A program made the position numbers and the translations under genes. DNA of 64,000 nucleotides, taken from assembly GCA_016789445.1 (NCBI GenBank), contig JAEUQT010000001.1, forward strand, positions 259,603-323,602. Direction: 5' to 3'. Below the pieces are notes generated by a model. That model had not been told where the DNA came from, ran no database searches, and saw only the letters and a list, made by a program, of their open reading frames with translations. Positions 10,163 through 19,266 of the stretch are shown in pieces. The DNA is from a bacterium. Its GTDB lineage: Bacteria > Patescibacteriota > Minisyncoccia > Phycocordibacterales > UBA2100. Every line of letters starts with the position of its first letter. Position 1 is the first letter of the stretch.

Positions 10163-10188
10163 AAAAACCCGCCTTCTGGCGGGTTTTT
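10163..10188. terminator. bidirectional terminator between rny and pheA
   Basis: Hairpin aaaaacccgcc-ttct-ggcgggttttt. Confidence 0.6.
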
Positions 10189-10192
10189 GTCA

Positions 10193-10756
10193 TTATGCGC
10201 GTTCTGCTGCGATGAACGTCGTGTAGTTGAATTTGAGGTCTTGTATGGACTCTTCGAGCACGTTGAGTTCGTGGAGCTGCGCAGCGTTCCTTGATGCGAT
10301 GACCGCCGTCGATTTCGGTAACTTCCCTTTCGCGAGATCCTCCGCAGCTTTTGCCGTATCCGCATATTCCCGCACTTTCACCTTCGGCCACAGACGACGC
10401 AGATACATGCGGCACTGCTTGATTGCCTGATCATGAGAGACGATCGTCTTTATGTCCCCCGCTTTGGTACCGTTTCTTACGATCAGACAGTGATGCACAT
10501 CGATCTCAAACATCTTCTTGATGTGGAAGTTATGTCTGGCCATAGCGTGCACCGCTTCGATGACAATGCCGCCGTTCGAGTTCTCAATCGGGAATATCGC
10601 AAGGTCAATGGTCCCCTTTTCAAGTTCTGAGAGCACATTCTCGGCAGATACGAGGTACTGAGGGTCATACCGACGCAGGTGGGCATGCTTTTTCGCATAA
10701 ACTCGGGCCGCCTCCTCTGAAAATGATCCTTTTGCCCCCATTACCCCGATTTTCAT
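10193..10756 (-). CDS. pheA: prephenate dehydratase, PDT catalytic domain only (no ACT domain)
   Basis: Start at MKIGVMGAKGSFSEEAA. The PDT-family pattern is present (periplasmic-binding-like fold with ESIQD...TRF near the C-terminus). Only 187 aa. Confidence 0.7.
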   Translation of the reverse strand: MKIGVMGAKGSFSEEAARVYAKKHAHLRRYDPQYLVSAENVLSELEKGTIDLAIFPIENSNGGIVIEAVHAMARHNFHIKKMFEIDVHHCLIVRNGTKAGDIKTIVSHDQAIKQCRMYLRRLWPKVKVREYADTAKAAEDLAKGKLPKSTAVIASRNAAQLHELNVLEESIQDLKFNYTTFIAAERA

Positions 10757-10874
10757 GAGGCTCAATCTACAACGATTCCCCCACCCCGACAACCATTGAC
10801 ATCGCCAAAATACGGCTCAAAATGGTGCTTGATTGGTCGGTTGTTTGATTTATTATCAATAACCAACGCAACCT

Positions 10875-11150
10875 ATGGCAAATAAAATGGATTTGGTGGA
10901 TAAGGTGCACGCCACGATCGGCTCTACAAAGGCTGACGCTGAGCGCGCTGTTGAAGCGATCATCAGCACCATCACCGATTGTCTGAAGCGTGGCGAGGAG
11001 GTTTCCATCGCTGGCTTGGGCATTTTCGAAGCAAAGACGCGTGCAGGCCGTACTGGCCGCAATCCGCGCACCGGCGCTACGATCCAGATCAAGGCTATGA
11101 AGGTCCCGAAGTTCCGCGCTTCGAAGACCCTCAAGGACGCAATCAAGTAA
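10875..11150 (+). CDS. hup: DNA-binding protein HU
   Basis: 91 aa with the classic HU signature GFGIFEAKTRAGRTGRNPRTG. Confidence 0.9.
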   Translation: MANKMDLVDKVHATIGSTKADAERAVEAIISTITDCLKRGEEVSIAGLGIFEAKTRAGRTGRNPRTGATIQIKAMKVPKFRASKTLKDAIK

Positions 11151-11238
11151 GGCATTTCACGTGAAAACCCGTCTTCCTTGGGTGGACGGGTTTTCGCATG
11201 CCCTGGTCTCGTGTAGAGTATGAAGACCTTCGGGTACT

Positions 11239-11309
11239 GCGGGATTCGTTTAATGGTAAGACATCAGTTTTCCAAACTGAGGACAGGAGTTCGATTCTCC
11301 TATCCCGCA
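11239..11309 (+). tRNA. tRNA-Gly (anticodon TCC)
   Basis: Hand-folded cloverleaf: acceptor gcgggat/atcccgc, D-stem gttt/agac, anticodon stem tcagt/actga with loop tttccaa, T-arm aggag-ttcgatt-ctcct. No encoded CCA. Confidence 0.8.
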
Positions 11310-11408
11310 CTAGGAGTGAATAACAAATAAGCGCCCGTTCTGGGCGCTTATTTGTTCTAACGACGCGCAGCCTATCGCGAAGCGAGTATTCGGCACCAGA
11401 CTTACTAC

Positions 11409-11438
11409 AAAGAGGACGGTTCACGTGAACCGTCCTCT
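11409..11438. terminator. perfect 30-bp palindromic hairpin (contains TTCACGTGAA) downstream of minus-strand tRNA-Pro
   Basis: aagaggacggTTCACGTGAAccgtcctctt. Confidence 0.5.
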
Positions 11439-11450
11439 TTGTTCATTGTT

Positions 11451-11521
11451 TCGGGGAGCCGAGAATCGAACTCGGACTACATGGTCCCAAACCATGCGTA
11501 CTACCACTATACGACTCCCCG
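11451..11521 (-). tRNA. tRNA-Pro (anticodon TGG)
   Basis: Reverse complement folds with acceptor cggggag/ctccccg, anticodon stem catgg/ccatg with loop tttggga (G37), and T-arm ccgag-ttcgatt-ctcgg. No encoded CCA. Confidence 0.8.
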
Positions 11522-11609
11522 CAATCTCCTTCCCTCTCGAAATCCTCAGGATTCTAGCACTATTCTATTAAGGACACCACAGGCTGCTCCACGTCTTATA
11601 AGACGTCCT

Positions 11610-11993
11610 TTACAGGATCTGTTCGAAAAGCCTGCATTTCGCCTTACGAAGCTTCATATCCATGAGCACCCCCACTGCGTCGATCTGATATTCTCGCCCA
11701 TCTCCCTTCTCAGCCATATACAGCTCAGCGGTCCGCGCGATCTTCCTCAGCTTGGCAGAATGAATCTGCTCCTCAGGCATAAGCTCGGAGCTTTCACGTG
11801 AAATGTTATCCCAACGTCCGGATATGGCCTTTACTTCAACAAACCGCACTACCCTCTCTTTTTCGGCAATGATGTCTATCTCTCCCCACGGCTTCCTGAA
11901 GTTGCTTTCGATAATCCGATACCCCTTCCTGACTAGGTAATTCCTAGCTATTTCTTCCCCAAGCGCCCCGATGCCTGAAGTGGTCTGATTCAT
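11610..11993 (-). CDS. yraN: YraN-family (UPF0102) predicted endonuclease
   Basis: 127 aa with the pattern GEEIARNYLVRKGYRIIESNFR..GEIDIIA....FVEVK, typical of UPF0102. Confidence 0.7.
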   Translation of the reverse strand: MNQTTSGIGALGEEIARNYLVRKGYRIIESNFRKPWGEIDIIAEKERVVRFVEVKAISGRWDNISRESSELMPEEQIHSAKLRKIARTAELYMAEKGDGREYQIDAVGVLMDMKLRKAKCRLFEQIL

Positions 11994-12111
11994 GGTTCAC
12001 GTGAAAGCTGCAAAAGTATGTAGCTTATGTAACATATTGCTTGTGTCTGATAAATTTGGCTCAAATCAACGATATTCTCTAGGTATAGTACCGCTTTCAG
12101 ACTGTCTTATA

Positions 12112-12133
12112 TCCACATATCCCCGTGGTTATC
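12112..12133 (+). promoter_or_regulatory. two tandem DnaA-box-like 9-mers (aTATCCACA and TTATCCACA) in a 440-bp non-coding region
   Basis: Sequence tatatccacatatccccgtggttatccacatc. The second box is a perfect match to the consensus TTATCCACA. Confidence 0.4.
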
Positions 12134-12387
12134 CACATCTTGGACATGTACTGATAAAATGTGGCTTAAAACAAGGGTTTTATACGTACACAGGGCAGGG
12201 GATATGTCCGAAGTCTTATTTCAGTGAGACACCGGTACGATAAAGATTGACAGGAGATACGTACCTTCAGATCGCTCAGCTTCTTAACGCTCGCTGGCGG
12301 ATACTCGCTACGCTCGTGACTGCACGTCGTAGGGAAGGGGACCCAGTGCGATAAGCCTTTCAGGCTTCTCCACACGTCGCCGCAGGA

Positions 12388-12417
12388 AAAAGAAAAACCC
12401 CTCTCGGGGCCTTTCTT
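12388..12417 (-). terminator. terminator downstream of tRNA-Gly(GCC)
   Basis: Hairpin aaaaacccctctc-gg-ggcctttcttttt. Confidence 0.5.
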
Positions 12418-12431
12418 TTTGCCTGCTCCAG

Positions 12432-12502
12432 TGCGGATAAGGAGAATCGAACTCCTATTTTCTCGTTGGCAACGAGGCGTTTTACCACTAAACTATATCC
12501 GC
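12432..12502 (-). tRNA. tRNA-Gly (anticodon GCC)
   Basis: Reverse complement gives gcggata-ta-gttt-agtggta-aaac-g-cctcg-ttgccaa-cgagg-aaaat-aggag-ttcgatt-ctcct-tatccgc-a. No encoded CCA. Confidence 0.8.
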
Positions 12503-12723
12503 TTCAGTACACCAGAAGTTCCCCCGATGTAACGCAGGGATTATACAGGAAGAATAGGGGAGGGCAATTTCACAAAGGGGTGGTTTTGTGGTCACAAATA
12601 GTCAATCTATCCTTATTTTAGGACGCTCTTAGTGGTCAGCCGTCGATTTCTGCTGAAAGCGCGCCGACCCCGTCTCGGCGCCGACGCGCCTCCGACGAGC
12701 ACAAACCGTGCTTCGCTCGTTTG

Positions 12724-12795
12724 TGCTCCCGCCAGGACTCGAACCTGGAACGTCAGTTCCGAAGACTGATGTGATATCCATTTCACCACAGGAGC
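12724..12795 (-). tRNA. tRNA-Arg (anticodon TCG)
   Basis: Reverse complement gives acceptor gctcctg/cgggagc, anticodon stem tcagt/actga with loop cttcgga (G37), and T-arm ccagg-ttcgagt-cctgg. No encoded CCA. Confidence 0.75.
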
Positions 12796-12843
12796 GTCTG
12801 CGCATCATACAGCCAAACCGCCCCTCAGTGCTAGAATGCCCGA

Positions 12844-14310
12844 ATGCAGCGGCTTTCAGTCCCTCAAGAGGTGTTGGATATTCATTCCAAGCTACGGGCC
12901 GCCGGATTTGAAGCGTATCTTGTCGGAGGATGTGTGCGTGACATGCTTTTAGGCCGCACTCCGAAGGATTGGGACATTACGACCAATGCCAATCCAGAGG
13001 AGATCCAGCCTCTCTATGAAGAAACCTTCTACGAGAACCAGTACGGTACCGTCGGCGTGGTGACACAATCTGAAAACCCTCGCTTAAAGGTGGTTGAGAT
13101 CACGCCATACCGCACCGAAGGGGAGTACACGAACGCACGTCATCCAGACCAGGTAGCTTGGAGCGATACGCTCTCGGATGACTTAAAACGACGCGATTTC
13201 ACGATTAACGCGATCGCATACGATCCCGCAACAGATACGCTGATCGATGAGCACGGCGGAGCAGGGGATCTTGAGAGAAAAATCGTGGTTACCGTCGGAA
13301 AAGCCGAGGATCGCTTTGCTGAAGATGCGCTTCGCATGCTTCGTGCGGTACGTATTGCGGCAGAACTCGATTTCGCACTCGATGGCACTACCATCGCAGG
13401 AATTGCCGCAAATGCCGCTAAACTCTCCCAGATATCACGCGAGCGCGTCCGCGACGAGTTCATACGCATCTTGGAGAGCGATCGCCCTATGCAGGCGATG
13501 TATGTCGCACAAAAGCTTGGTATTTTGAAGTACATCGTGCCGGAACTCGAAGAAGGGATCGGTTGCGCGCAGAATCAGGCACACTCTTTCGATGTGTTCG
13601 AGCATCTACTCCGCTCCATGCAGCATGCTGCTGATCAACACTGGCCCCTGGATGTGCGCCTCGCAGCTCTTTTACACGACGTCGGTAAGCCAGCAACGCG
13701 TCGATGGTCGGACGAAAAAGGGGATTGGACGTTCTATGGCCATGACGTCGTGAGCGCACGCATGGCAAAGAAGATTCTTGCCGATTTACGTTTTCCGAAG
13801 GACCTATCACATAAAGTAGAGCTTCTCATTCGATGGCACATGTTCTTCTCGGACCCCGATACCATTACGCTCTCGGCAGTGCGCCGTGTGATAACCCGTG
13901 TAGGGAAGGAGAGCATCCAAGACCTCTTGAATCTACGTGTATGTGACCGAATCGGCACCGGCAGACCTAAAGCGCACCCATTCAGGCTCCGTAAGTACAT
14001 GTCTATGGTTGACGAGGCGCTTCGCGACCCTATTTCCGTCAGCATGCTTAAGATCGATGGCAGGGGAATTATGGAAAAGATGTCGATTACCCCCGGCCCT
14101 CGCATTGGCTGGGTGCTGCACGCCCTTTTAGAGGAGGTTTTGGATGATCCATCAAAGAACACAGAAGAATACCTTGAAATTCGTACACGTGAGCTCCTGG
14201 AACTACCTGATGCAGAGCTGCGCATGCTTGGAGAAGAGGGAAAGGAGCGTAGGGAAGACGAGGAGAAGGAGGCTGTAGCCATGTTACGCAAGAAGCATCA
14301 CGTCAGCTGA
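12844..14310 (+). CDS. cca: CCA-adding tRNA nucleotidyltransferase with C-terminal HD domain
   Basis: 488 aa. The polymerase-beta nucleotidyltransferase head is present (GGCVRDMLLGRTPKDWDITT ... RRDFTINAIA), followed by an HD motif (LLHDVGKP). Confidence 0.85.
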   Translation: MQRLSVPQEVLDIHSKLRAAGFEAYLVGGCVRDMLLGRTPKDWDITTNANPEEIQPLYEETFYENQYGTVGVVTQSENPRLKVVEITPYRTEGEYTNARHPDQVAWSDTLSDDLKRRDFTINAIAYDPATDTLIDEHGGAGDLERKIVVTVGKAEDRFAEDALRMLRAVRIAAELDFALDGTTIAGIAANAAKLSQISRERVRDEFIRILESDRPMQAMYVAQKLGILKYIVPELEEGIGCAQNQAHSFDVFEHLLRSMQHAADQHWPLDVRLAALLHDVGKPATRRWSDEKGDWTFYGHDVVSARMAKKILADLRFPKDLSHKVELLIRWHMFFSDPDTITLSAVRRVITRVGKESIQDLLNLRVCDRIGTGRPKAHPFRLRKYMSMVDEALRDPISVSMLKIDGRGIMEKMSITPGPRIGWVLHALLEEVLDDPSKNTEEYLEIRTRELLELPDAELRMLGEEGKERREDEEKEAVAMLRKKHHVS

Positions 14311-14325
14311 CAATAAAAAAGCCGC

Positions 14326-14391
14326 CTTGGTGTCACGTTCGGACCCTTGTCCTCACGTCACATCAAGGCGGCTTTGTTTTCCCGCTCACGC
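14326..14391 (+). terminator. long hairpin terminator after cca
   Basis: aaaaagccgccttg ... caaggcggctttgtttt. Confidence 0.55.
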
Positions 14392-14719
14392 CATTTGGAT
14401 TTAGATGTTTGGCTTTATTGAAGCACTTTTTCCAATTTTTGGGACTTCTTTGAAGTCCCCACTTCAAAGGTAGTGCTCATCTAAGCTAAACTTATCCACT
14501 TAAAGAACACGGATACGGGTTTATGTCGAGTACGGTGTACCTGACATCGGTTTTCCCTCAGGCCAGCTTCCCTTATTACCTAGGGGAAGAACCTTTATAT
14601 GATCCAATGAAGGATCACTGAGATGAAGGATACTGCACTATCGGACACTGTAAAGGACGTCGTGTGGATAACTTCATGAGTGCCAGCATTCTCCTTTGTC
14701 CTTTATAAAGGACACCGAT

Positions 14720-15517
14720 TTAGAGCCCTATTTCAATGGATACCGGGCAGTGGTCTGACCCCATAATATCAGCGTGTATAGCGGCACCGTGTGCTTTTGA
14801 TGACAGTTTCTTGCTCACGAAGAAGTAATCGATGCGCCAGCCCACATTCCGTGCACGGGCATTGCCGAAATTACTCCACCAGCTGTAATGACCGTTACCT
14901 TCAGTGAAGAGGCGGAATGAATCGACGTACCCCGACGCGATGATCTTATCGACCCCCTCACGTTCCTCCTGGGTAAAGCCGTGCTCGCCTTCATTTGCCT
15001 TGGGGTTAGCCAGATCGTCAGGTGTATGGGCGACATTGAGATCTCCACAGAAAATAACAGGCTTCTTGCTCTCGAGGTGCTGGCAGTAGGCCAAGAAGGC
15101 CGGGTCCCACTGCTTATGACGCAAGGTGAGCCGACTGAGGTCGGGTTTGGCATTGGGTGTATAGACGTTTACCAAGAAGAACTTCGAATACTCAGCCGCT
15201 ATGACGCGCCCTTCGGCGTTCGGGTCACCGTAACTGTCTACGAGCTTGTATTTCTTGAGTATTTCGGGCGGAAAATCTAAAAAAACACTCTGGGGTTTCT
15301 CTTTAGTGAAAATGGCGGTACCACTATATCCTTTCTTAGTGGTGGAAGAATTCCAGTACTCCTCGAATTCGGGAAGATCGATCTCGGCCTGACCCTGTTC
15401 AGCCTTGGTTTCCTGAAGGCAGAGAATGTCCGGATCAAGCTTTCTCACCGCGGGGAGAAAGAGGCCCTTTCTATGCACTGCGCGGATGCCGTTGACGTTC
15501 CATGAGACCAGTTTCAT
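14720..15517 (-). CDS. xth: exodeoxyribonuclease III (AP endonuclease, Xth/APE1 family)
   Basis: 265 aa. N-terminal MKLVSWNVNGIRA...LCLQETK, plus conserved catalytic Asp/His motifs (GDLNVAHT, SDHCPV). Confidence 0.9.
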   Translation of the reverse strand: MKLVSWNVNGIRAVHRKGLFLPAVRKLDPDILCLQETKAEQGQAEIDLPEFEEYWNSSTTKKGYSGTAIFTKEKPQSVFLDFPPEILKKYKLVDSYGDPNAEGRVIAAEYSKFFLVNVYTPNAKPDLSRLTLRHKQWDPAFLAYCQHLESKKPVIFCGDLNVAHTPDDLANPKANEGEHGFTQEEREGVDKIIASGYVDSFRLFTEGNGHYSWWSNFGNARARNVGWRIDYFFVSKKLSSKAHGAAIHADIMGSDHCPVSIEIGL

Positions 15518-15825
15518 GGGGAAATGATACCAAAAAGCTTCACCGTGACCTCATACCCCCCCCTCGTATGCTAGAGCACATGAAGAACTTAATGCCAGAC
15601 ATGTTCGGCGAGCCCCGTGAGAAGGGACAGTCTGAATGGCAGACTTTCAACGCGGTGCAGAGGGATACCGGTGCATATACGGTTTCAACGTTCCGTACAC
15701 CGGCCCCATCTACACCCAAGATTGTCCGCTTCGGCACCAATAATGCCCGTTTCCTTATCCTTAAACGCGCATAGGCTACATGGAATACGAGACCCGTCTC
15801 ACGCACGAACTGCGGCGAGAGAAGA

Positions 15826-16743
15826 TTAACGACGCCGTTTACCGTGGAATGTTCGATGAACCTCACGAAGATGCGTATCTGTAACGTGGGTGTATACCTG
15901 TGTGGTCGCGATGTTCGCATGACCAAGAAGTGCCTGCACGCTGCGTAGATCAGCTCCATTTCCCAAGAGGTCCGTCGCAAAGGCGTGCCGAATCACGTGC
16001 GGTGTAACCTTGCGGGTAATCCCGCCTTTCACGGCATAGTGCTTCACGATGCGTTCCACTGAACGGGTCGTGAGCCTGCCGGCATCTTTACCTTTACCGC
16101 TCTTACCTCCTCGGCCGTAGCCAACGAAGAGCGCCTCTCCCATGTCGCCCCGCTTCTTGAGGTACTCAGCAATAGTCTTCTTGGCTTGAGAGGAGAGGAA
16201 AACGACCCGCACCTTATCTCCCTTGCCGCGCACCGAGAATTCGTCGCGCGTAAGATCGATATCTGCATTAAGGGAACAGAGCTCCGAAACACGAAGTCCG
16301 GTAGAGAAAAGAAGTTCGAGGATGGCGCGATCGCGCAAAGCCTGAAGACTCTCTCCCGTCGGGCCTTTCATTAATCGATTCAGCTCGTCCGCCGTGATGA
16401 GATCCAGATCGCGACCGCCCACTTTCGCTAATTCAATTCTCTCGGGATTAAGAGACTCGATACCTTGTCGACGTAGATATTTAAGGAATGCACGTAGTGC
16501 GATGAGATAGTAGTTCTGCGTCTTTTTCTTCATGTCGCCGGAAACACCCGGCTGACGATTGAGCCAGATGCGGAATTCCCGCACAACGGGCTCGGTTAGT
16601 TTAGAAGGGGAGTTGACCTTCGTGTGATCAAGGAACCGCGTGAGGTAGCGATCGTAATTCTCGACCGTCTTAACTGAGCGGCCTTTTTCGATCTCGCAGT
16701 ATTCGAGGAACTGGGTCTTGAGGGATTTCAGATCCTGTGCCAT
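15826..16743 (-). CDS. xerD: tyrosine site-specific recombinase, XerC/XerD-like
   Basis: An N-terminal SAM-like domain is followed by a catalytic domain with R...HxxR...Y motifs (HVIRHAFATDLL, LLGHANIATTQVYTHV). ATG at 16743; the ORF track extends to a TTG at 16752. Confidence 0.8.
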   Translation of the reverse strand: MAQDLKSLKTQFLEYCEIEKGRSVKTVENYDRYLTRFLDHTKVNSPSKLTEPVVREFRIWLNRQPGVSGDMKKKTQNYYLIALRAFLKYLRRQGIESLNPERIELAKVGGRDLDLITADELNRLMKGPTGESLQALRDRAILELLFSTGLRVSELCSLNADIDLTRDEFSVRGKGDKVRVVFLSSQAKKTIAEYLKKRGDMGEALFVGYGRGGKSGKGKDAGRLTTRSVERIVKHYAVKGGITRKVTPHVIRHAFATDLLGNGADLRSVQALLGHANIATTQVYTHVTDTHLREVHRTFHGKRRR

Positions 16744-16809
16744 GTCGCACAATATTGTACCGCACCAAAAAGAAAGGGCCGCGCATGGCGCGACCCAGTT
16801 GGAAGAATC

Positions 16810-17391
16810 TTATCCCGACGCAAGCCGGAGATGCGGTGTCTCCGCGTCCGCCGAATCAGGAACCTTCTTCAGATTCGCGAGCGCCTTCTCGGCGACTTCG
16901 CGCAGGTGACGGTGCTCCGCGGAGACGTACACCTCGATCATCGTGTTCGCAATCTTGCGGATATCGAACTCAGACCCCAAGTCAGCCGCGATGCGCTCGA
17001 GCATCAGCTCGAAACCACGGTCATAGACGACGAACTTGTCGCGATCGTGTTCGAGCATAAACTCGATACACACCTCCTTGAAGACAGCCGTCTCCGTCTT
17101 CACGATGGAGCCCGTGAGCTGGGTCAGAGCGATGCTCGGCGCCGGTTCTCCGAGAGCCGCGCATGCCGCACGACACTGAATCGAACCCATCGTCCGGACG
17201 ATCTGCGCGAACGCGCTCGTCACGAACTTGAAATCGACGTCGGACTCGTCCTTGATCGTCTGCATCCTGTTCCGGAATGCCTCCGAATCCAGCATGACCC
17301 TGCCTTTTTCATGTTCGGCATACACATATGCCGCCATCAGCATGCATACCGCATGATCATGGCGCATCTGTGCCTGTACATCATCAGACAT
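16810..17391 (-). CDS. hypothetical protein (193 aa)
   Basis: aggagg RBS 6 nt upstream of the ATG on the minus strand. Protein-like composition. The longer opposite-strand ORF 16831..17520 looks like an antisense artefact. Confidence 0.55.
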   Translation of the reverse strand: MSDDVQAQMRHDHAVCMLMAAYVYAEHEKGRVMLDSEAFRNRMQTIKDESDVDFKFVTSAFAQIVRTMGSIQCRAACAALGEPAPSIALTQLTGSIVKTETAVFKEVCIEFMLEHDRDKFVVYDRGFELMLERIAADLGSEFDIRKIANTMIEVYVSAEHRHLREVAEKALANLKKVPDSADAETPHLRLASG

Positions 17392-17477
17392 TACGTCCTC
17401 CTATACATGGCCCTCTTAGAACAAAACGGCCAGCACATGGTGTACCACTTTCCAGACAGAGCTTCAAGCCGGACTGC

Positions 17478-18614
17478 TTATTTCAGGTACTTCTTTTTCT
17501 TCAGTTTTTCGGGAAGATAACTCGTCTCGTCGTACTTCTCATACCCCTTGCCGTACCCAAGTTCTTTCATGAGTTTTGTCGGTGCGTTGCGGATATGCAG
17601 GGGAATAGGGAGGTTGCCGAATTCGCGCACATCATCCATCGCGGCGAAGATCGCATCGTAGGCACTTCGACCCTTCTTACACGTCGCAAGATACGCCACG
17701 CCATGGGCGAGATTAATCGTAGCTTCTGGATATCCGATCTTGGAGACCGCCTCAAAGACAGCATTCGCAACAACAAGCGCAGTCGGTTGTGCGAGTCCGA
17801 TATCTTCCGACGCGAAGATAACCATGCGACGAGCGATAAATTTCGGGTCCTCTCCCGCCTCCACCATGCGAGCGAGATAGTAGATCGCTGCATCAGGTTG
17901 CCCGGCCCGCATTGATTTAATGAATGCACTGATGGTGTTGTAGTGCTCTTCGCCTTTCTTGTCATAGCGCAGGTGTCGCGACTGTATCGCTTCCTGCAAC
18001 GTCTCGACCGAAATCTTCCCATACAGCTTATCTGCGGTCTCGAGAACCGTTAGCGCCTGACGCGCGTCACCTTGCGCCATACGGATGAGCCACTCGCGCG
18101 CATCCTTCGGAATCTTAAGCTTCGTGCGGGAAAAAACCTTCTCCATCTCTTTCTCTGAAAGCGGCTCGAGCACGAATACGCGACAGCGGGAAAGCAGTGG
18201 TGCAATCACTTCAAATGACGGATTCTCCGTTGTGGCACCGACAAGCGTGATGTCTCCGCGCTCGACAAAGGGAAGGAGATAATCTTGCTGCGCCTTATTG
18301 AAGCGGTGGATTTCATCCACGAAAAGCACTCGCGGCTTCTTCTGTAACAGCGATCCGCCTTTATTCAAGACGCGTCGGATATCATCTTTACCCGCCTCAA
18401 CAGCCGAAAGTTCGAAGAAATCCGCGCCCACTGCGTTCGCATAGATACGAGCCAACGTAGTCTTTCCGCTTCCCGGAGGTCCCCAGAGAAGAAATGAGAA
18501 GAGCTCGTGCTTCTCAATGGCGACCCGGAGCGGCTTTCCAGGTCCTACCAAGTGTTCTTGACCTACGTATTCATGAAGTTCTGACGGTCGGATACGTGAC
18601 GCAAGAGGCTCCAT
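17478..18614 (-). CDS. rarA: replication-associated recombination protein A (AAA+ ATPase, MgsA/RarA)
   Basis: 378 aa. Walker A GPPGSGKTT, Walker B VLFVDEIHRFNKAQQD, sensor 2, and a C-terminal MgsA domain. Confidence 0.9.
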   Translation of the reverse strand: MEPLASRIRPSELHEYVGQEHLVGPGKPLRVAIEKHELFSFLLWGPPGSGKTTLARIYANAVGADFFELSAVEAGKDDIRRVLNKGGSLLQKKPRVLFVDEIHRFNKAQQDYLLPFVERGDITLVGATTENPSFEVIAPLLSRCRVFVLEPLSEKEMEKVFSRTKLKIPKDAREWLIRMAQGDARQALTVLETADKLYGKISVETLQEAIQSRHLRYDKKGEEHYNTISAFIKSMRAGQPDAAIYYLARMVEAGEDPKFIARRMVIFASEDIGLAQPTALVVANAVFEAVSKIGYPEATINLAHGVAYLATCKKGRSAYDAIFAAMDDVREFGNLPIPLHIRNAPTKLMKELGYGKGYEKYDETSYLPEKLKKKKYLK

Positions 18615-18692
18615 TGTCTAAGTATGCATTTTCCACGCTCGAGAGCGAGCGAATGAAGTTGCACGAAAAATCTGACAGGTTATCGTTATCCG

Positions 18693-19214
18693 ATGAACGG
18701 AAAAACCATCTCGATCGTAGCAATCATTATCTTAGTTCTTATCGGCGGCGGAATTCTCTATTGGCAGTTCGGTGCGACCCCCTCTTCAGAGCCTGCTCCA
18801 TCTGATACGCAGCAGACCGCGAGCACGACGCAACAGGTCGCCGGCCAAGACGTCACCGTGGGTACCGGCAAGGAAGCAGCGCCAGGCTCTATTGTCTCGG
18901 TCCTCTACGTCGGCCGCCTCCAGGACGGGACGGTCTTCGACAGCTCTGAAGCGAACGGCAACCAACCACTCCGCTTCCAGCTGGGCGCTGAGGGCCTTAT
19001 CCCTGGCTTCCAGATCGGTGTTAATGGCATGAAAGAAGGGGGTGAGCGCCGCATCGCAATCCCACCGGAGTTTGCCTATGGCAACCAGGACGTGAAAGAT
19101 GCTGCGGGCAAGGTCATCATCCCGGCGAATTCGACCATCATCTTCGATATCCGCCTCGTGAAGGTAGAAGCAGGCTCCACAACACCTCAAACTTCGACCA
19201 CAACGGCACAATAA
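18693..19214 (+). CDS. FKBP-type peptidyl-prolyl cis-trans isomerase, membrane-anchored
   Basis: N-terminal TM, Thr/Gln-rich linker, and FKBP domain (VSVLYVGRLQDGTVFDSS ... LIPGFQIGVNGMKEGGERRIAIPPEFAYG). Confidence 0.85.
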   Translation: MNGKTISIVAIIILVLIGGGILYWQFGATPSSEPAPSDTQQTASTTQQVAGQDVTVGTGKEAAPGSIVSVLYVGRLQDGTVFDSSEANGNQPLRFQLGAEGLIPGFQIGVNGMKEGGERRIAIPPEFAYGNQDVKDAAGKVIIPANSTIIFDIRLVKVEAGSTTPQTSTTTAQ

Positions 19215-19266
19215 GTCTAGGTCAGGAGACCTTGCAAAAGGTGGGGGAATGTGCTATCGTTCCCCC

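Larger units (their letters stand above)
11156..12005. repeat. four copies of the palindromic 10-mer TTCACGTGAA (11156-11165, 11420-11429, 11793-11802, 11996-12005)
   Basis: Exact matches were found by reading. None was seen elsewhere in the window. Confidence 0.7.

Noticed and set aside
15568-15882. Two short plus-strand ORFs (69 aa and 34 aa) between xth and xerD
   Set aside because: No RBS, and the second overlaps the xerD 3' end. There is insufficient evidence for real small proteins.
15826-16743. Tyrosine recombinase as a phage/ICE integrase marking a mobile element next to the tRNA cluster
   Set aside because: The sequence has XerC/XerD-type N- and C-terminal motifs. No phage, transposase or repeat-flanked cargo is visible nearby. 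It is more likely the chromosomal dimer-resolution recombinase.
16831-17520. 229-aa plus-strand ORF overlapping the 16810..17391 minus-strand gene
   Set aside because: Arg/Leu/His/Asp-rich composition typical of the antisense shadow of a GC-rich gene. It has no RBS, whereas the minus-strand ORF has aggagg at the right spacing.
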